Source of the DNA: Phoronis australis
Taxonomy: Eukaryota > Animalia > Phoronida
Assembly: GCA_002633005.1 (NCBI GenBank)
Contig: NMRA01000010.1
Coordinates: 209,846-273,845, forward strand
Reading direction: 5' to 3'
DNA length: 64,000 nucleotides
Positions 61,001 to 64,000 of the stretch are shown in pieces. Every line of letters begins with the position of its first letter. The first letter of the stretch is position 1. A program made the position numbers and the translations under genes. A model generated the notes under the pieces. That model was not told the DNA's origin and did not search any database. It was given only the letters and a program-made list of their open reading frames with translations.

Positions 61001-63231
61001 AATGTTGAAATCTCACCAATTTTGTGCAAAAAATTGCCAAAAATTTATTTTTCATGGTCTTAACAGTAAATGACTACTTCCAAATCATTTTGTCTATTGG
61101 TAGCTCAGTCGTACTGAACTTCAGCCTGGTGCTACATAGCGTGAACAAAAAAGTGAAAAAATATATCTCCACTTGTCTGCCATATTGTGTCCTTATCAAG
61201 CGACATACAATTGCTCACAACTTCTAGCTACCAAGAGCAAACAATTGGATGATGCTTTTTGACACCGTTTGAATGCAAGACTAGTGCACTAAAAATAAGT
61301 TTACATGTCATGTTTCTATATTGTTATACGCCACAACAGATATGGTAGACACCAAGTGTCTCTTAAAACATTTGTTATGTTACTTGACAAAGGGTTTTGT
61401 CAGAATCAGCTATAATACTTTATCCATGAAATAAACCTCCTGGGTTTCATTTTTTATTATTTTAGGCATCTAGGACAAATTGTTTTTTCGTAGCCTCAAA
61501 CTTCCCCTCACAGGTATTTCCGAACTGACTTCATCGAAACTGAGACCAATGGATGGTTGTGTGACTTTTAAAATCAAGAACTACCAGTCATTCTGCAGTC
61601 CAATGAGATAGCATAAGGGTGTATAGTGTGCAAAGCAATGTTAATATCTGCTCAGAAAGGTTTCACCGCAGGTGGTTAGTCGGCAGACGATAAGACACAT
61701 GGCAATGCATTGCAAGTCTATACATTACCTACTTTCAGAATCACACAACTGGCCTTACACAGTGTTTCGGAAATCTGCAGCTAAGTCATGGAAACTTTGA
61801 GGTTATGAAATAGCCGAGGTTTTCTGGAAAAAGCTCAGGAGTTTCAAAAGGCCCCATTTCAAAGACTTAAAAATCACTGAATTGTGGGAATCAGCATTTC
61901 ATCACCTGATAACTCTGGGTCTGTGTCTATAACATTGGATATACAGTATTACAAGCAGGAAGGCCAGTTTAAGGTTGTATTTTGTATAGTTCCCGCTATT
62001 TTCAATCAAAGAGTGTTTCACTACCATACGTTTCTGTAACCAAAAACAAAACGTAATCAAAACCTTACATTTGGAACATCAAGAATAACTGCCCTAGAAC
62101 ATATCTTTATCATTTCTGTAATATAAATAGTTACGATATATTCAAAACAGTTGTATTACACAAGCTGACTAGGACTATATAAAAAATTTGGCTTTGTTTT
62201 GATTTTTAGCAATTTTAATGCGGACTTGCCAGTTTGAAAACAGAAGGGCAGGGATTTTATCTTAAAGTCAACTTATTAAAAAGAAATTATTCTAAATGAA
62301 AAATTGTGGGAGTTGGTAGTTCTTCTTGATAGGCATTGATGACTGACTGACACAAACATTTTGGACATCTGTGGAGCAGGCCTAAATAAGCAAACCCTTG
62401 CAACAGGTATACCAAAACACAAACGGAGAGTAATTAATGCGACTGAAGTGGAACAATCTAGTAGCGGTGTTGTTTGGTTAGAAATTGCACATTTTTTTTA
62501 CATTAAACATGCCATTTTTCTGTAGTAAATGTAAATACCTGTTATAGTAAATATGGGTCATATTTTAGCCAATAACATCTGAAGGTTCAACAATTAATTT
62601 TTTCTAAGCAAATAAAAAGCATCTGCCACGTCTCATGTGCAGTAATAATAACTTGTTTGTATCCTTTCTGCTTCAAGTGAACTATAACACTGTAAGTGGT
62701 GGAAACACAATGCACGGGCAGTGAAGCAATCGTCTTCCTAAAGCCTCTTAAAGAATGTGATGTGGTAAGGAAATTGGTCTGTCTACACCAACCTCTGACC
62801 TATTTACATTTGGCATGACATTTTGGCTGGTCACTTCTCGAGCCATCTTCAGGTGATAGTGTTTTTAAACATGTAAATAGACCAATATTTTCAAAAATAA
62901 TTGAAGTATTATCAACTTGTTCCATCTCAAAGACGAGTGTGGCTCAGGATATATATTGCTTTACCTGCCAATCAACCATTAACAGCAGGCGGGGTAACAA
63001 CCAGAATATGGAATGCCTTGGCGAAAAGGCTTAAACACTTTGTGAAACTTAACAGTGATCGTTCACTTGCCATTTTAATCAAATCATGGAATGAACAAAA
63101 CTAAAAAATGTCAAATTTGTGAAAACTGGTCGACCTTTAGACATCAAAGACACTCTTACCTTGGACACTTTTTGGCCCGCTCAAGTCAAAATTTGAAGAC
63201 TGGAAGGTAGCTGTAGACTGAGTTGAGGAAC
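46073..63231 (-). CDS. Copper-only SOD repeat protein (CSRP-like), four intact Cu-SOD-like domains plus degenerate N-terminal domains, probable GPI anchor, 5'-partial
   Basis: Phase-consistent minus-strand exons: 63231-63160, 60378-58481, 57021-56941, 54613-54494, 53335-53191, 52235-52109, 47733-47612, 46587-46474, 46143-46073. Four repeats of HxH...C...GHFNP/GPHFNP...E(V/L)GD...GRSxxxH...RxxCA. Ends in SSGS plus hydrophobic tail (LSSLVFLTSLMLFYSLLK*). Confidence 0.9.
46890..47095. repeat. 24-bp minisatellite, about 8 copies
   Basis: Unit CACCAGACAAC(A/G)CTAGTGG(A/G)GCAA. Confidence 0.9.
47930..48090. repeat. Degenerate 30-bp minisatellite, about 5 copies
   Basis: Unit approx. AACAGTGCCCCCCATAAATCATCAGCAATG. 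Confidence 0.75.
49869..52100. repeat. ~590-bp direct duplication (49869-50456 and 51512-52100)
   Basis: Near-identical sequence from TATGGACTGAGGAAAGTCAGG to the first 47-bp unit, with scattered substitutions and a small indel. Confidence 0.9.
50409..51114. repeat. 47-bp minisatellite, 15 identical copies
   Basis: Unit TTGTATTACATGACTCCCATTGGGAGGGAAGGAGTAGCCATGAATAA, period 47, ends at N 51115. Confidence 0.97.
54988..55090 (-). mobile_element. tRNA-derived SINE head
   Basis: Reverse complement reads GGAGGCAGTGTGGCCTAGTGG...GGTTCGAGTCCCACTAGGGTACACTGCTAGTCCCTTGAATCAG; no cloverleaf. Confidence 0.6.
57699..57830 (+). pseudogene. Decayed THAP-like N-terminus in a CSRP intron
   Basis: MASCCVLGC...YFPEG resembles the THAP start; the W and CxxHF parts are not found in frame. 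Confidence 0.3.
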
Positions 63232-64000
63232 CTATACTTGCCAAATTGTACAAGCTGAAATTTAAGAAGTATTGAACAGATTGGAGTAGAAATTACGACC
63301 AAAATTTAAAGATTTTTAAAAAATATTTTCATTCGCACACTCATCCTCAATACATATCACTGTTGACATGAAGCTGGCATGAATTTACTTTTACATCCAC
63401 ACATGACTTTCAAGGAAATGATTAGAAATGAAGTCACTGGCAACAGCAGCGTACAGGTTACAAGTTATATTGAGTGTCATTCCTGCAGTTAAAAATGGCC
63501 AAAATTGTTAAGCATCTAGGAGAGTAATTTTCCAAAGTTGCCACGCAACAATAGACAAGGACAAAATGGAGCAGCATAAAACCAATGTATAGGCCTTGTG
63601 CTGAGGAGTTGGATGTCATGTTCAGGTTTGAAATGCCATTGTTTCAGGCTATAGGGTTCTTGGGGACACCGAATCCTGGGTGTAATTACTGACAACATTC
63701 ATCATCAAGGATCAGATTTCTTCAATATCTCTTGAAATATTGATTAAGCCATGGATAAGCACATGCTGTAAACACACACATCATATATGGTAATTTTGTC
63801 CCACCCTGGACGATCTGACCACTGACTAAACTTATTATGTGTATAGAAATATAGCCCAGTCCGGAAAATTCAAAATTTTCCACAGACTGAGATCTCCATA
63901 ATTTCCACAAACATTAATTCTTCTCAAGAAAACACACACCATCTCTTCTCTTTTCAAGGACTACAGCACACATCACGAATTTTTGTCCGACCGGTCGGAA

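Overview
Intron-rich eukaryotic (invertebrate animal, probably bilaterian) genomic DNA with a few assembly Ns. Five coding units can be reconstructed by splice-site and frame walking: (1) the 3' part of a DEG/ENaC (ASIC-like) channel on + (10 exons, 1205-15566, one GC-AG intron); (2,3) two tandem paralogous 11-finger C2H2 zinc-finger coding exons on - (16793-18673, 26367-28508); (4) a complete 8-exon RNASEH2A on + (36832-43299, 299 aa); (5) the 3' part of a GPI-anchored copper-only SOD repeat protein (CSRP-like) on - (46073-63231). Non-coding DNA holds a TTAA-flanked Kolobok-like relic with convergent THAP and second-ORF fragments, an LTR-like element with clustered heat-shock elements, two Helentron/HINE-like elements carrying ~150-bp-spaced co-oriented CTCF-like motifs, SINEs, MITEs and minisatellites. 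The best candidate for an undescribed system is a small minus-strand exon head-to-head with RNASEH2A whose phase fits both zinc-finger exons, suggesting one gene with alternative terminal zinc-finger arrays separated by CTCF-motif arrays. All calls were made by eye, without database searches.
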